DNA of 64,000 nucleotides, from contig QCPZ01000005.1 of NCBI GenBank assembly GCA_003212345.1, forward strand, positions 20,614 through 84,613, given 5' to 3'. Both the position numbers and the translations under genes were made by a program. The stretch comes from SAR116 cluster bacterium AG-447-A06. GTDB lineage: Bacteria > Pseudomonadota > Alphaproteobacteria > Puniceispirillales > Puniceispirillaceae. The notes under the pieces are model-generated. The model saw nothing but the letters and a program-made list of their open reading frames with translations. It had not been told where the DNA came from and did no database searches. Shown here one piece after another: positions 47,672 to 57,670 of the stretch. How positions within the stretch are numbered: position 1 is the stretch's first letter; the number at the start of each line of letters is the position of its first letter.

Positions 47672-48652
47672 TCAAGTTTTTATTTTTAATTCTGCAATCA
47701 TAGAGATCATCTCGAACATAACAGCAGCTGCAACCATAGAAGTTATCTGATTAGGGGTGTCTTTTGTCGGCATCAAACAAACAACATCACCACCGATGAT
47801 ATTCATTCCTCTAACCGCATGCAAAAGCTCAATCGCTTCATCAACCGAAAAGCCATTTACGCCTGGCTCAATGTTAGAAACAGCTGGCGCTGCAGACGGG
47901 TCAAGACAATCCAAATCAAATGTGATGTAGACAGGCCGACCACCAAGAACAGTTTTTACCTGTTCAATTACATCGATAGCGCCCCGTTGCCGATACTCTT
48001 TCATAGTTACAATGTTATAGCCATAGTCATATGATGGCTGCAGCCAATCAAGCGTTCGTGGGTGACCACGCAAGCCAATTTGCATCGAATGTTTTGGATC
48101 AACCATCCCTTGATCAGGCAAATACGCACCCCAATGGGCTGCAGATTTTTTAGCACCCAAAAAATGATCTACTGTAGTAAAAACATCAGTGTGAGCATCT
48201 AGATGTAAAAAACAGACTTTCTCTCCTTGTGTTAGAATGCCATTGGCAAGTCCCTGAATGATACCTCCAGTAATCGAATGGTCACCTCCAATCGAAACAG
48301 GACGTGTATTAGAATTATCAATTGCTTTAAAAAAATCCGTTATTTGTTCAATGCAATGTTCATTATCATTTGCCCTGGGGAACGGGACATCACCGGCATC
48401 TATGATTTTTACTTCATTCCATGGATCAATCTTGAAGTCGCCATGCGCTCGACGTTGGAGTGCGGACACATTCCTCACAGCACGTGGGCCCAGGTGCTGA
48501 TCACGTTCAGTTGTGCCATTACCGGTCGAATGAGGAACCCCAACAAGTGCAATATCAGCCGTTTCAAGCTTGTCTTGCGGACACCGAAAAAGAGTTGGTA
48601 TGCCCCACCAATAGAGATTTTCCATCATGCTTAAATCATGTTTTTCAGCCAT
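47672..48652 (-). CDS. Ureohydrolase (agmatinase/arginase superfamily), divergent subfamily
   Basis: GGDHS, DAHTD, TFDLDCLDP; atypical GNGTTERDQHLGPRA and GGDVVCLMP segments. Confidence 0.85.
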   Translation of the reverse strand: MAEKHDLSMMENLYWWGIPTLFRCPQDKLETADIALVGVPHSTGNGTTERDQHLGPRAVRNVSALQRRAHGDFKIDPWNEVKIIDAGDVPFPRANDNEHCIEQITDFFKAIDNSNTRPVSIGGDHSITGGIIQGLANGILTQGEKVCFLHLDAHTDVFTTVDHFLGAKKSAAHWGAYLPDQGMVDPKHSMQIGLRGHPRTLDWLQPSYDYGYNIVTMKEYRQRGAIDVIEQVKTVLGGRPVYITFDLDCLDPSAAPAVSNIEPGVNGFSVDEAIELLHAVRGMNIIGGDVVCLMPTKDTPNQITSMVAAAVMFEMISMIAELKIKT

Positions 48653-48745
48653 TTTTCAAACTCACCAAGCTTGTTAGAACATTGTCAATATTTTGTGCTG
48701 GAACCCATTTATTCTGAACAGTTAATTGGAAACAAGCAGAAAAGG

Positions 48746-49096
48746 CTATATTGCTGCGGTAACGGTGAACTCCACTAGAAGTTCCTCAGAGGCCATTTCG
48801 CTGCGGCCGCAAGCTCGGGCAGGTGCGCAACCTTCCGGCACCCAATTTTCATATGCAAGATTCATAGCATCAAAATCATCCATTGTTTTTAACCATACAA
48901 TCACCTGCAACAAGCGTTCATTTGAAGTGCCCGCCTCAGCAAGCAGCGCATCGATACGGCTAAATGCCTCAGCGCACTGCAACTCGATAGAGTCGCCTCG
49001 ATTACCTACCTGCCCACAAAGATAAACTGTGTTACTGTGGATGACAATTTTGCTCATCCGGCGGTTGGTGTGCCGCCTGTCGATTGTTGACGTCAT
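48746..49096 (-). CDS. RidA/YjgF family protein
   Basis: RMSKIV, VYLCGQV, FDAMN..Y..W, PARAC, VE. Confidence 0.88.
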   Translation of the reverse strand: MTSTIDRRHTNRRMSKIVIHSNTVYLCGQVGNRGDSIELQCAEAFSRIDALLAEAGTSNERLLQVIVWLKTMDDFDAMNLAYENWVPEGCAPARACGRSEMASEELLVEFTVTAAI

Positions 49097-49413
49097 ATTT
49101 CTTTTACTCCCTACATTGAGTCATTGTCGACGCACTAAGCGCAATAATGAAGCTTACATTGGCCGAAGTTGCCCCCCATTGCTAGCCTGATAATACTTGC
49201 CAGTTTTTATGGGGAATCCACCCCCCATTATAGACCATTCCTACTTTGGTTTTCAGGCCAAATAACTTTACAAAATTTTAATTCACCTACTAATACCATC
49301 CAGTCGCACTACCTTGCGTTTATTCAAACACTAGCATACGTTAGTAGTGGGTGAAATTTAGTCATGATTTCCAACTACTACTATCGGACTTTCATTCGAA
49401 AAACTAACTGACG

Positions 49414-50451
49414 GTGGCAATCATGGAATTTGTTTTTGACGCGTGGTATGTAGCAGGTTGGTCACGCAACTTTCAGCACGAACTTGTTCCCCAAACTATT
49501 CTTGAACAAAATCTGGTTTTCTTCCGGCAAAGCGACGATAAACTGGTTGCCTTGGAAGACCGTTGTCCGCACCGGCTTTTACCACTAAGTAAGGGCAACC
49601 TTGTTGGTGATAATGTGGAGTGCGGTTATCACGGCATGACTTTTGATGGCAATGGAAAATGTGTACGCATACCAGCACAGGATAACTTGCCGCCAAGTGC
49701 CTATGTTGACACTTACCCAGTTGAAGAACGGCACGGCATTGTTTGGGTCTGGATGGGTATTAAAGAGAAGGCCGACCCCAATCTAATTTTTAGCATGGAT
49801 GAATTTAAGGATTCTTCCTGGCATAAGCATCTTGGCGATGCCTTGCATATCGAGGCGCATTATCTAAATGTCGCGGAAAATCTGGTCGATCCAGCACATG
49901 TCAGTTTTGTTCATCCTACAACTCTTGGGAGCGCAGCGTCCCAAGATGTTCCAGTTGAGGTGTCGACAACGGATGACCCTATTGCCGCTTGGCGCTGGAT
50001 CCGGAATGCGCCACCAGTTGGTTTCTTTCAAAAATTTGGTAGTTTTTCTGGCAACGTTGACCGGTGGCATTATTATTACCTTCATCTACCATCAACTGCC
50101 GTTATTGATTTTGGCAGCGCAGCGAGTGATCTACAGCTAAAAGAAGACGAACGTCACAAAGGGGTGCGCATTTTCGCGATCCATTTTGTGACACCAGTTA
50201 CCCGTGATTATACAATTGATCACTGGATGCATATGCGCAATGCCGCAGTTGGTAATGATGACGCCTCGAAGCAAATCGATGACCTTTTTCGCATTGCATT
50301 TGAAGAGGATAAAGAGATCCTGGAAGCCATCCACAAAGAAGAACAACGGCAACAGACCCGTGCACCCATTCGGATTGCGATTGACCGCGCACCACTTGTT
50401 TACCGAAAACGTATCAAGGAGTTAGTAAATCTTGGTAGCCAGCAAAGGTAA
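49414..50451 (+). CDS. Rieske non-heme iron oxygenase alpha subunit (VanA/demethylase-like)
   Basis: CPHR...CGYHG Rieske motif; ENLVDPAHVSFVH mononuclear Fe motif; FEEDK. Confidence 0.88.
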   Translation: MAIMEFVFDAWYVAGWSRNFQHELVPQTILEQNLVFFRQSDDKLVALEDRCPHRLLPLSKGNLVGDNVECGYHGMTFDGNGKCVRIPAQDNLPPSAYVDTYPVEERHGIVWVWMGIKEKADPNLIFSMDEFKDSSWHKHLGDALHIEAHYLNVAENLVDPAHVSFVHPTTLGSAASQDVPVEVSTTDDPIAAWRWIRNAPPVGFFQKFGSFSGNVDRWHYYYLHLPSTAVIDFGSAASDLQLKEDERHKGVRIFAIHFVTPVTRDYTIDHWMHMRNAAVGNDDASKQIDDLFRIAFEEDKEILEAIHKEEQRQQTRAPIRIAIDRAPLVYRKRIKELVNLGSQQR

Positions 50452-50598
50452 TTATCCGTCACTAAGCAATACCAAGTTCGGCTATCAAAAACCTAAAACT
50501 AAAATTACCAGAGGGTTCAACCTTTCTCCTACTGCTCAGGGTGTACCCTGGCACGCGGTGGACCAAGTATTTTTATTAACGTAATTCTACTCAGCTCT

Positions 50599-51234
50599 TT
50601 ATTTTGTTCCATACATTCGGTCACCAGCATCTCCAAGCCCTGGCAAAATATAGGCATGATCATTAAGCTCCCTATCAATGGCTGCCGTTACAATCTGAAC
50701 ATCTGGATGTTGGCCTGAGAACGTAGCCAAACCCTCAGGTGCAGCAAGTAAACAAACAAATTTAATCCGTTTTGCACCAGCATCTTTTATACGTTGCACA
50801 CCCGCGACTGCTGAATTGCCTGTTGCGAGCATAGGGTCAACTACCACACAGAGGCGTTCTTCTAAATTGTCTGGCAGTTTAAGGTAATATTCCACCGGCA
50901 CTAAAGATTTTGGGTCTCGGTAAAGACCAACATGGCCTACTCGTGCCGATGGGACCAGGTCAAGCATTCCATCTAAAAGTCCGTTGCCTGCTCTAAGGAT
51001 TGAGATAAAACACAGTTTCTTTCCAACAATCTTTGGCACTTTAACGTGTTCAAGCGGTGTCTGAACACTCACTTCTTCCGTTTCTAAATCGCGGCAAACT
51101 TCATATGCAAGCAATAGGCTAATCTCACGAAGTAGTTCACGAAACTTTGCTGTTGGTGTTTCAACATCCCTCATTATGGAGAGTTTGTGCTTAATTAAAG
51201 GATGATTTACCGTGATAATATTTTCACTTTTCAT
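50599..51234 (-). CDS. upp: Uracil phosphoribosyltransferase
   Basis: [39 protein letters not shown]. Confidence 0.95.
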   Translation of the reverse strand: MKSENIITVNHPLIKHKLSIMRDVETPTAKFRELLREISLLLAYEVCRDLETEEVSVQTPLEHVKVPKIVGKKLCFISILRAGNGLLDGMLDLVPSARVGHVGLYRDPKSLVPVEYYLKLPDNLEERLCVVVDPMLATGNSAVAGVQRIKDAGAKRIKFVCLLAAPEGLATFSGQHPDVQIVTAAIDRELNDHAYILPGLGDAGDRMYGTK

Positions 51235-51251
51235 AATGTGTTCTCACTTTC

Positions 51252-52493
51252 TCAAAAAATAGTACCACTACTATGGAGGTTTAAAGGTGGAGCGCCACCC
51301 TCACGAAGCTGGCTTGCAATCCGCCGCCCCGCTGACCAAGTGCCACCCTGCAGTACACTTGCAAGCGGTAAACTCTCGGCGTCATCACCCGTGCGGAAAC
51401 GCACTTCATCGGCGAGTTTGTCTAGAAGAGCTACCGTCAACGCTCTCCACTCAACCACTAAAGAACTTTTTAACTGATGGGTGGAAAGCAAATCTTTCGA
51501 ATTAATAGTTTTAAGAACTTTGGTATCGAGGAAAAGCCCACCATTTCGGTATTCAGGAAGCCCAGTTAAGTCATCCAAATTAATTACCCTCACCCCAGAT
51601 TCCTCGAGAGGCTCAATCAAAGAATAAGTCATCCATTGTGAGAGCTTATGGAAGGGTATAATCTTATTTGTTATGTCGTCGCGTACTAAACTACTGTGAT
51701 GTCCAACATCCCCAATAGGAATGTCCCCCAGCCATTCACCATCGGTCCATATATGGCCAATTCCATGCAGTAATGCGATGAGAATATCGCGAGCTTCAAC
51801 TGCACCCCCAACTTGCTTCTTTGACAAGTAATCAAAAAGGTTGCCCGGACGAGATGTGCCATCACGGCAAAACATCTCAGATTTTTTTAGTAAGGCGCTA
51901 CCCAGTCGATTTAGTAAACTAGTTCTGTTATCAAGACCGAGGAGGGGATTAACAGCACTGACTTGGAAAACCTCTCCGAGTTTCTCTGCACTCAATTTTT
52001 TCAACGCTTCCGCGTCTACACGAAAAGGTTCATCGTCACCATGAAGGCTAAGCAACCCACTTTCCAACAGTCTAATGCTAGCCAGGGCCAAACCCTCAGA
52101 CCTGCTTTGAACAATTCCCGTTTTTTTATCATTGTACCGCCAATCTGGTCCCGCACCTGCGTCAAGCAAAACTGATACAATTGCCAGATCAAAGCGACGA
52201 CGAGCATTTTCAACCTTTGAGACTTTTGGGAGACGTTCCATTAACTCAAACCAAAGATTGTGACGGCCAAATTCAAAATGACGCCATCGACTGTGGAAAG
52301 GGACTTTTACATTGGGGTAATTGACCTCAATTTCTTTAAGCACTAATTCAACCGCATCATTCATATATTCCATATGAACTTCAAAATGATCGAGTTTAGA
52401 TGTTTCTGCCAATTTAAAAATCTCATGACACCGCCCCCTCACAGCTTCGGGTGTCAACATAGCGAAGGCAAAATCTAGGTCATCAGCTTTCAT
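51252..52493 (-). CDS. URC4/Urg3 family uracil catabolism protein (DUF1688)
   Basis: PFHSRWRHF, SVLLDAGAG, RSEGLA, FHKLSQW, LTGLPEYRNGG, EWRALTV, LQGGTW. Confidence 0.88.
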   Translation of the reverse strand: MKADDLDFAFAMLTPEAVRGRCHEIFKLAETSKLDHFEVHMEYMNDAVELVLKEIEVNYPNVKVPFHSRWRHFEFGRHNLWFELMERLPKVSKVENARRRFDLAIVSVLLDAGAGPDWRYNDKKTGIVQSRSEGLALASIRLLESGLLSLHGDDEPFRVDAEALKKLSAEKLGEVFQVSAVNPLLGLDNRTSLLNRLGSALLKKSEMFCRDGTSRPGNLFDYLSKKQVGGAVEARDILIALLHGIGHIWTDGEWLGDIPIGDVGHHSSLVRDDITNKIIPFHKLSQWMTYSLIEPLEESGVRVINLDDLTGLPEYRNGGLFLDTKVLKTINSKDLLSTHQLKSSLVVEWRALTVALLDKLADEVRFRTGDDAESLPLASVLQGGTWSAGRRIASQLREGGAPPLNLHSSGTIF

Positions 52494-53737
52494 TCTTCCA
52501 TTTTCCTGCCCTTAACCTCACTTAAATCTTCTCCTTTTTTTGGATCTTCATTGGTGAAATATCCGGCAGCTTTTTTAGCCTCCATTTCAACATGAGCATC
52601 CTCAGGTATTAAATGTGATGGAATATCCAACCGTTCACCAATTTCAATGCCTTGACCAACAAGTGCATCATGCTTCATGTCACTCATTGAGGCAAAACGA
52701 TCAATCTTTGTTATACCCAGCCAATTGAAAATATCCGGCATCAATTCCTGGAAACGAGCATCTTGAACCCCAGCAACACACTCAGTCCGTTCAAAATACG
52801 TTGCCGCACTATCTCCACCCCTCTGTCGCTTGCGAGCGTTGTAGACCAAAAATTTAGTTACCTCTCCAAGCGCTCTACCTTCTTTGCGATTGTAAACGAC
52901 AAGGCCGTTACCACCATCCTGAGCCATTGCCACACATATTTCGATCCCATGTGTTAAGTAGGGACGACAGGTACAAATATCAGAGCCAAAAACGTCAGAT
53001 CCATTACATTCGTCATGAACACGGCATGCCAGTGGTACCTTCTTATCACTTAGTTTTTCAGCATCACCAAAAATATAAGCAGTGATACCACCAATCGGGG
53101 GCATAAAAACTTCAAGGTCAGATCGCGTTACAAGCTCTGGATACATCCCCCCCATCTGCTCGAAAATCACTCGCCTAAATTCATATTCATCAACCCCAAA
53201 TCTCCTGGCGAGCCCAGGAATATGCCAAACAGGGTCAATTGCTATTTTCGTAACCTTTATATCCCCGTTCTCAAGAAGCACCTGACCATCAGGCCTCAAC
53301 CGTTCCTCTTTAATTGCATCGCGCACCTCCATTAATTTCAATCTCGCTTGAGTGACCGCAATGGTCGGCCGAATATCAAATCCCTCTTTAATCTGGTCTT
53401 TAAATTCACTCGCAACAACATGACCCCAAGGATCTAAAGACACAATCTTATCAGGATCAAACCACTGTGGATAAGGTCCTATATTTATTGTGGGAGACGT
53501 ATTTGTTAAATCAGCAACATGAGTGGGATCAAGCCTCCCAGCCGCAACAGAAACCGCTCTATAAACTGAATAACTGCCAGAGTGGGTCCCTATAACATTC
53601 CGATGCATAGGATCAGATACGCTCCCAATGAGTGGGCCACGACTGCGAGGGTCTTCTGCTCCCCAGTGAATGGGCGAGAAATGATTTGACCCAGGCCTTG
53701 AGTGAGAGGTTAAGACTATAGGGCGAGATTTGGACAT
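52490..53737 (-). CDS. URC1-type GTP cyclohydrolase II-like protein (pyrimidine ring opening)
   Basis: N-terminal extension RNVIGTHSGSY; RVHDECNGSDVFGSDICTC; KEGRALGEVTK; adjacent to URC4 and upp. Confidence 0.88.
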   Translation of the reverse strand: MSKSRPIVLTSHSRPGSNHFSPIHWGAEDPRSRGPLIGSVSDPMHRNVIGTHSGSYSVYRAVSVAAGRLDPTHVADLTNTSPTINIGPYPQWFDPDKIVSLDPWGHVVASEFKDQIKEGFDIRPTIAVTQARLKLMEVRDAIKEERLRPDGQVLLENGDIKVTKIAIDPVWHIPGLARRFGVDEYEFRRVIFEQMGGMYPELVTRSDLEVFMPPIGGITAYIFGDAEKLSDKKVPLACRVHDECNGSDVFGSDICTCRPYLTHGIEICVAMAQDGGNGLVVYNRKEGRALGEVTKFLVYNARKRQRGGDSAATYFERTECVAGVQDARFQELMPDIFNWLGITKIDRFASMSDMKHDALVGQGIEIGERLDIPSHLIPEDAHVEMEAKKAAGYFTNEDPKKGEDLSEVKGRKMEE

Positions 53738-53845
53738 TTTTTCACCTTTTCTAACTAACGCTACTAACTCAATTTCAAATTTAAGCTAAGCTAAAAATTT
53801 CTAACAAGGCAACGCATTGTTCGCTGCGATTAGCCTAAATAAAAT

Positions 53846-53861
53846 TTGACCAAATGGTCAA
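53846..53861. promoter_or_regulatory. RutR operator TTGACCAAATGGTCAA
   Basis: Exact match to the RutR consensus TTGACCAnnTGGTCAA, upstream of the URC1-URC4-upp operon and embedded in a longer inverted repeat (53837-53870). Confidence 0.88.
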
Positions 53862-53878
53862 TTTTTATTTAAAATTTT

Positions 53879-54514
53879 TTATTTCATCCTCAAACCCGTA
53901 ATGATAATTTCTGTGACGGTCTCAACTGCGATGACGTGATCAACCGCACCAATTTCTTTAACGCCTAAGACTGCTGTAATCTGCTTATTAAAGTCTGCAT
54001 AGGTCTGTGTAACTGCCCAAATCATGAAAAAGACATGTTGAGGTGAAATTGATACCATTTCGCCTCGCGACTGCCATACCTTGAAAACACTTGCTTGCCT
54101 ATCAACCCAACTTTTCAAATCTTTTTCAAGATAATCTCCAATAACCGGAGCCCCAGCGATAATCTCCAGTGCAAAAACCTTTGAAGCGTTGGGCCGACTA
54201 AATGAAAGGTCCATTTTGGATTTTATATAGCTCTCAATAGCTTTTTTAGGATTGTCCTCGGCAGATATCTCACCGAGAGCTTCGAGCCACGTTTCCAGAA
54301 TATCTCGGCATACTGCGCGATAAATATCGTCTTTACTCTGAAAATAATACAACAAATTTGCCTTCGGCAAACCTGCTTCATTTGCAATCTCAAATAACCT
54401 AGAACCTTTGAGGCCTTGCTGGGCAAAGACCTTTTCTGCCGCTTTTAATATTCGGGCTTTTTTTTCAACTGTGCTTAATCTCTTTACACTGCTTCTTACG
54501 ACTCTCTTCGCCAT
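53879..54514 (-). CDS. rutR: TetR family regulator RutR (pyrimidine utilisation)
   Basis: IANEAGLPKANLLYYF HTH, SKVFALEIIAGAP, IWAVTQTYADF; cognate box adjacent. Confidence 0.85.
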   Translation of the reverse strand: MAKRVVRSSVKRLSTVEKKARILKAAEKVFAQQGLKGSRLFEIANEAGLPKANLLYYFQSKDDIYRAVCRDILETWLEALGEISAEDNPKKAIESYIKSKMDLSFSRPNASKVFALEIIAGAPVIGDYLEKDLKSWVDRQASVFKVWQSRGEMVSISPQHVFFMIWAVTQTYADFNKQITAVLGVKEIGAVDHVIAVETVTEIIITGLRMK

Positions 54515-54521
54515 GAAAGCA

Positions 54522-55208
54522 TCAGGCCTTTATGATAAAATGAAGTTCCGATGGTTTTGCATCTGCGCCATTGATTGGATTTTTATCCTGCGGGCAGGCA
54601 GACATAACAGCAATTAAATCTTCCAGCACTCTAAACCCGAAAACATCACCTTGCGATGAGACTGTCGCCTCAAAGGAGGTCTGGCCATCTGGTGAAATGG
54701 GGATATTCATCCACAAGTTAAATGGGTCGGGGACATGCGGTGCCTCGAGTCCTATTGCAATTAACGCCATCCGCAGGTTGTCCGTGCAATTATCGTGATA
54801 CTCCGTGCATCCCAACAATTGATATCGCGTCAAATCGCAACAAGACATAACCGTATCGTGCACACCAGGTGACGTGTCATTGATAATCTCTAGCACTGGC
54901 TGACGACAGTTCGTCACGAGCCGGTCACCAACCTTGGGGAAAACCGACTGTAGCCATGTCCGACAATGCGACATAGATAAGAATTGGCCCATGTCAGCAG
55001 CAAGATATGCCCAGAAGTCGCAAACCTGCGTACCATGAGTATTTTCAATCTGTAATTGCTGTCCTGCTTGAAGTTTGACGGCAACACCGCAACGCGGTGG
55101 AATACGATATTTCACGCCAATTTCAGGGCTACCGTCGGGCGAAATAGCGCTGGTTAAGCTGGCATTGGTTCCATCATATTTTGCTGGATCATAAAAAGGC
55201 GCTATCAA
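54522..55208 (-). CDS. Urea carboxylase-associated family protein (DUF1989)
   Basis: GTQVCDF, DTSPGVHD..SCC, HDNCTDN, PFNLWMN, SACPQD. Confidence 0.8.
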   Translation of the reverse strand: MIAPFYDPAKYDGTNASLTSAISPDGSPEIGVKYRIPPRCGVAVKLQAGQQLQIENTHGTQVCDFWAYLAADMGQFLSMSHCRTWLQSVFPKVGDRLVTNCRQPVLEIINDTSPGVHDTVMSCCDLTRYQLLGCTEYHDNCTDNLRMALIAIGLEAPHVPDPFNLWMNIPISPDGQTSFEATVSSQGDVFGFRVLEDLIAVMSACPQDKNPINGADAKPSELHFIIKA

Positions 55209-55211
55209 GGC

Positions 55212-55661
55212 TCAATCCTCTGCAATATCTTCGGCCCAAAGTTCGGGCTTTTCGCTAATAAAACGTTCCATCAAGGCAATGCAATCCGGATCATGAGCAA
55301 TCACAATTTCTACCCCATGCTGACGTAAAAACGCTTCATTACCGCCAAAGGTTTTATTCTCGCCAATCACCACTCGCGGAATGCCAAATTGGATAATGGT
55401 TCCGCTACACATCATGCAAGGACTGAGCGTCGTGTAAAGCACTGTGTCACGGTAGGTTTTCTGGCGGCCAGCTTTGCGCAGAGCATCCATCTCACCATGA
55501 GCTATCGGGTCCCCTTTCTGAACACGCTGATTATGCCCACGCGACACTTCCTGCCCACCACGTGCCAGCACTGAACCGATTGGGCATCCACCTGCTTCAA
55601 AACCTAAACGGGCTTCGTCATAGGCAATTTTCAACATGTTCCTGTCCGTATCATTTAGCAT
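55212..55661 (-). CDS. Zn-dependent nucleobase deaminase, cytosine deaminase (fungal Fcy1-like)
   Basis: PIGS, GHNQRVQ, HGE, TLSPCMMC, C-terminal WAEDI. Confidence 0.8.
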   Translation of the reverse strand: MLNDTDRNMLKIAYDEARLGFEAGGCPIGSVLARGGQEVSRGHNQRVQKGDPIAHGEMDALRKAGRQKTYRDTVLYTTLSPCMMCSGTIIQFGIPRVVIGENKTFGGNEAFLRQHGVEIVIAHDPDCIALMERFISEKPELWAEDIAED

Positions 55662-55675
55662 GGTGATATCCTTTC

Positions 55676-56566
55676 TTATTCCACGCGCCCAATTGGTGCT
55701 GTATAGTAGGGCAATGCCTCGCGGCGAGGAACATAGGCCCCGCTGGCCACTATTCGATCCAAGTGATCGGCAATTTCATCAAGCCTCGCAAACCAAACAT
55801 CTTTTGTGTTTAACGTTTTCTCCAACCACGTTTCCACCTGTTTCCAGCGAGCCAACCTGCCAGTTAGAAATGGATGAACAATAAGCACAAAAAAACCACC
55901 TGCGTCATAAGCTGCATCAAACTCCTCCCAGAACCCAGACAATCCTTTTGATGGGCCTGCAACCGGCATCATATAGCCAATTTCAGAATAGTGAGCAAAA
56001 GGTGGCCAATCATCAGTTCCCCAATGCACCGGCATTTCCCAAAGCTGACCCCTGCTGGTTTCGAGCCGATAGGGAATATCATCAGCCATCATCGAAGAGT
56101 CATATCGAAACCCGTGTTCAACCAGCAAATCCAAAACTTCCTGATTGATGTTATAGACTGGAGCTCGGTATCCAGAGGGTGTGCCGCCGCAATATTTGTG
56201 ATGCGCCTCTAACGCTTTTTCAAACCAGGCGCGTTGATCAGGGGCGTCAATTGGATCTTCATGTAAGTATCCATGATGCCCAATTTCATGCCCGCCTTTT
56301 AAAATAGCCTCTACTGCATCAGGGTAGGTCTCAATGCACCAACCCGGCACAAAGAATGACTGCTTGATGCCAAGCCTCCGATAGGTTTCAAGAATACGAG
56401 GTACAGCAACCGTTGGTCCATATCGACCCATACTGATTGGATATAACCGGTCATGAGAGTCTTTAGGCCGGGCGATATGAATTAGACTATCAGCGTCCAT
56501 ATCAAAAGAAATCACACAAGCACAGCGTGCACCATCCGGCCATGGAACAGGATTACTAATCATCAA
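55676..56566 (-). CDS. Polysaccharide deacetylase family, PuuE-like cyclic amide hydrolase
   Basis: SFDMDAD, HEIGHHGYLH, GYRAP, YDSS, HPFLTGR. Confidence 0.78.
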   Translation of the reverse strand: MMISNPVPWPDGARCACVISFDMDADSLIHIARPKDSHDRLYPISMGRYGPTVAVPRILETYRRLGIKQSFFVPGWCIETYPDAVEAILKGGHEIGHHGYLHEDPIDAPDQRAWFEKALEAHHKYCGGTPSGYRAPVYNINQEVLDLLVEHGFRYDSSMMADDIPYRLETSRGQLWEMPVHWGTDDWPPFAHYSEIGYMMPVAGPSKGLSGFWEEFDAAYDAGGFFVLIVHPFLTGRLARWKQVETWLEKTLNTKDVWFARLDEIADHLDRIVASGAYVPRREALPYYTAPIGRVE

Positions 56567-56581
56567 ACTCTCCCTAAATCA

Positions 56582-57670
56582 CTAATCAGCACCGATATAA
56601 TGCGCACGCTCCGGGTCCCAGCTTACAAAAACCTTACCCATATGCTTAAGGTCCATATCGGCAAGCTCTCTTTCTTGAATCTGCACTTTAAACTCGCTAC
56701 CGTCTCTGGCCTCAAGAAAAAGGGTGACCACGGATCCGATAAATTCTTCTGAAATTAACGAACATTCTATTTGGTTGCCAGCACGCGGCTTTTTTGACGA
56801 AAGGCGGACAAGATCGGCGGCAATAACAAAACTGCCCTCACTTCCTGGCGACGGCTTTGCCCTACCCCCAAGACTTACCTTAAAATCACCAAGGCTCCCA
56901 TTGATCAAAACACTCTTACCGCTGGACGATTTTATCTTACCGCTTATGATATTATTGCGGCCAACAAATTCCGCAACAAACCGATTATCAGGGGCACGGT
57001 AAATATCTTTTGGCGTCCCTATCTGTGCAATCCGACCGCGTGACATAATTACCACCCTATCGGCCATTGCAAAAGCTTCAGACTGCGAATGAGTGACATA
57101 AACAAAAGTAATGCCAAGTTCGCGCTGAAGACGAGTCAACATTGATTGCATGCGAATAACAAGGTTTGCATCTAATGCGGAGAGTGGCTCATCAAGTAAT
57201 AGAATTTTTGGCTCTGTTACCAGTGAGCGGGCCAATGCAACACGCTGTTTTTGGCCGCCAGAAAGGCTGCTGATATCACGCTCAGCAAACTCACCAATCT
57301 CAAGACGATCCAGCCAATCAAGCGCTTTTTTGCGGCGGGTAGCGGCATCAACGCCACGCATCTGTAAGCCAAATTCAACATTTTCCCGAGCATTCAAAAA
57401 AGGAAACAGCGCCAGCGATTGCCAGACAAGGGGAGTATCACGTTCATGCGCCGGCACCGCATTCATCACCCGGCCCTGCATTCGTACTTCCCCTTTGGAC
57501 GGCTGTTCCAGTCCAGCCAGCATACGAAGTGTTGTTGTTTTTCCACAACCAGATGGTCCCATAATGGCAACAAATTCACCCTCATCAATGGTGAAATTCA
57601 TTCGTTCCACCGCGGTGAAATCACCAAATTTTTTGACAACAGAGTCAAATTCTACTAATGCATCAGCCAT
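56582..57670 (-). CDS. ABC transporter ATP-binding protein (PotA-like)
   Basis: GPSGCGKTT, LSGGQKQR, DEPLSALD, VTHSQ. Confidence 0.9.
   Translation of the reverse strand: MADALVEFDSVVKKFGDFTAVERMNFTIDEGEFVAIMGPSGCGKTTTLRMLAGLEQPSKGEVRMQGRVMNAVPAHERDTPLVWQSLALFPFLNARENVEFGLQMRGVDAATRRKKALDWLDRLEIGEFAERDISSLSGGQKQRVALARSLVTEPKILLLDEPLSALDANLVIRMQSMLTRLQRELGITFVYVTHSQSEAFAMADRVVIMSRGRIAQIGTPKDIYRAPDNRFVAEFVGRNNIISGKIKSSSGKSVLINGSLGDFKVSLGGRAKPSPGSEGSFVIAADLVRLSSKKPRAGNQIECSLISEEFIGSVVTLFLEARDGSEFKVQIQERELADMDLKHMGKVFVSWDPERAHYIGAD

Noticed and set aside
48653-49413. Guanidine riboswitch upstream of the ureohydrolase/RidA genes
   Set aside because: I found no ykkC-type consensus or paired ACGR-loop hairpins by eye; an Infernal scan would be needed to exclude one
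52490-53737. Riboflavin biosynthesis ribA
   Set aside because: The long N-terminal extension, URC4/upp neighbours and RutR box indicate the URC1 type; no rib genes are nearby
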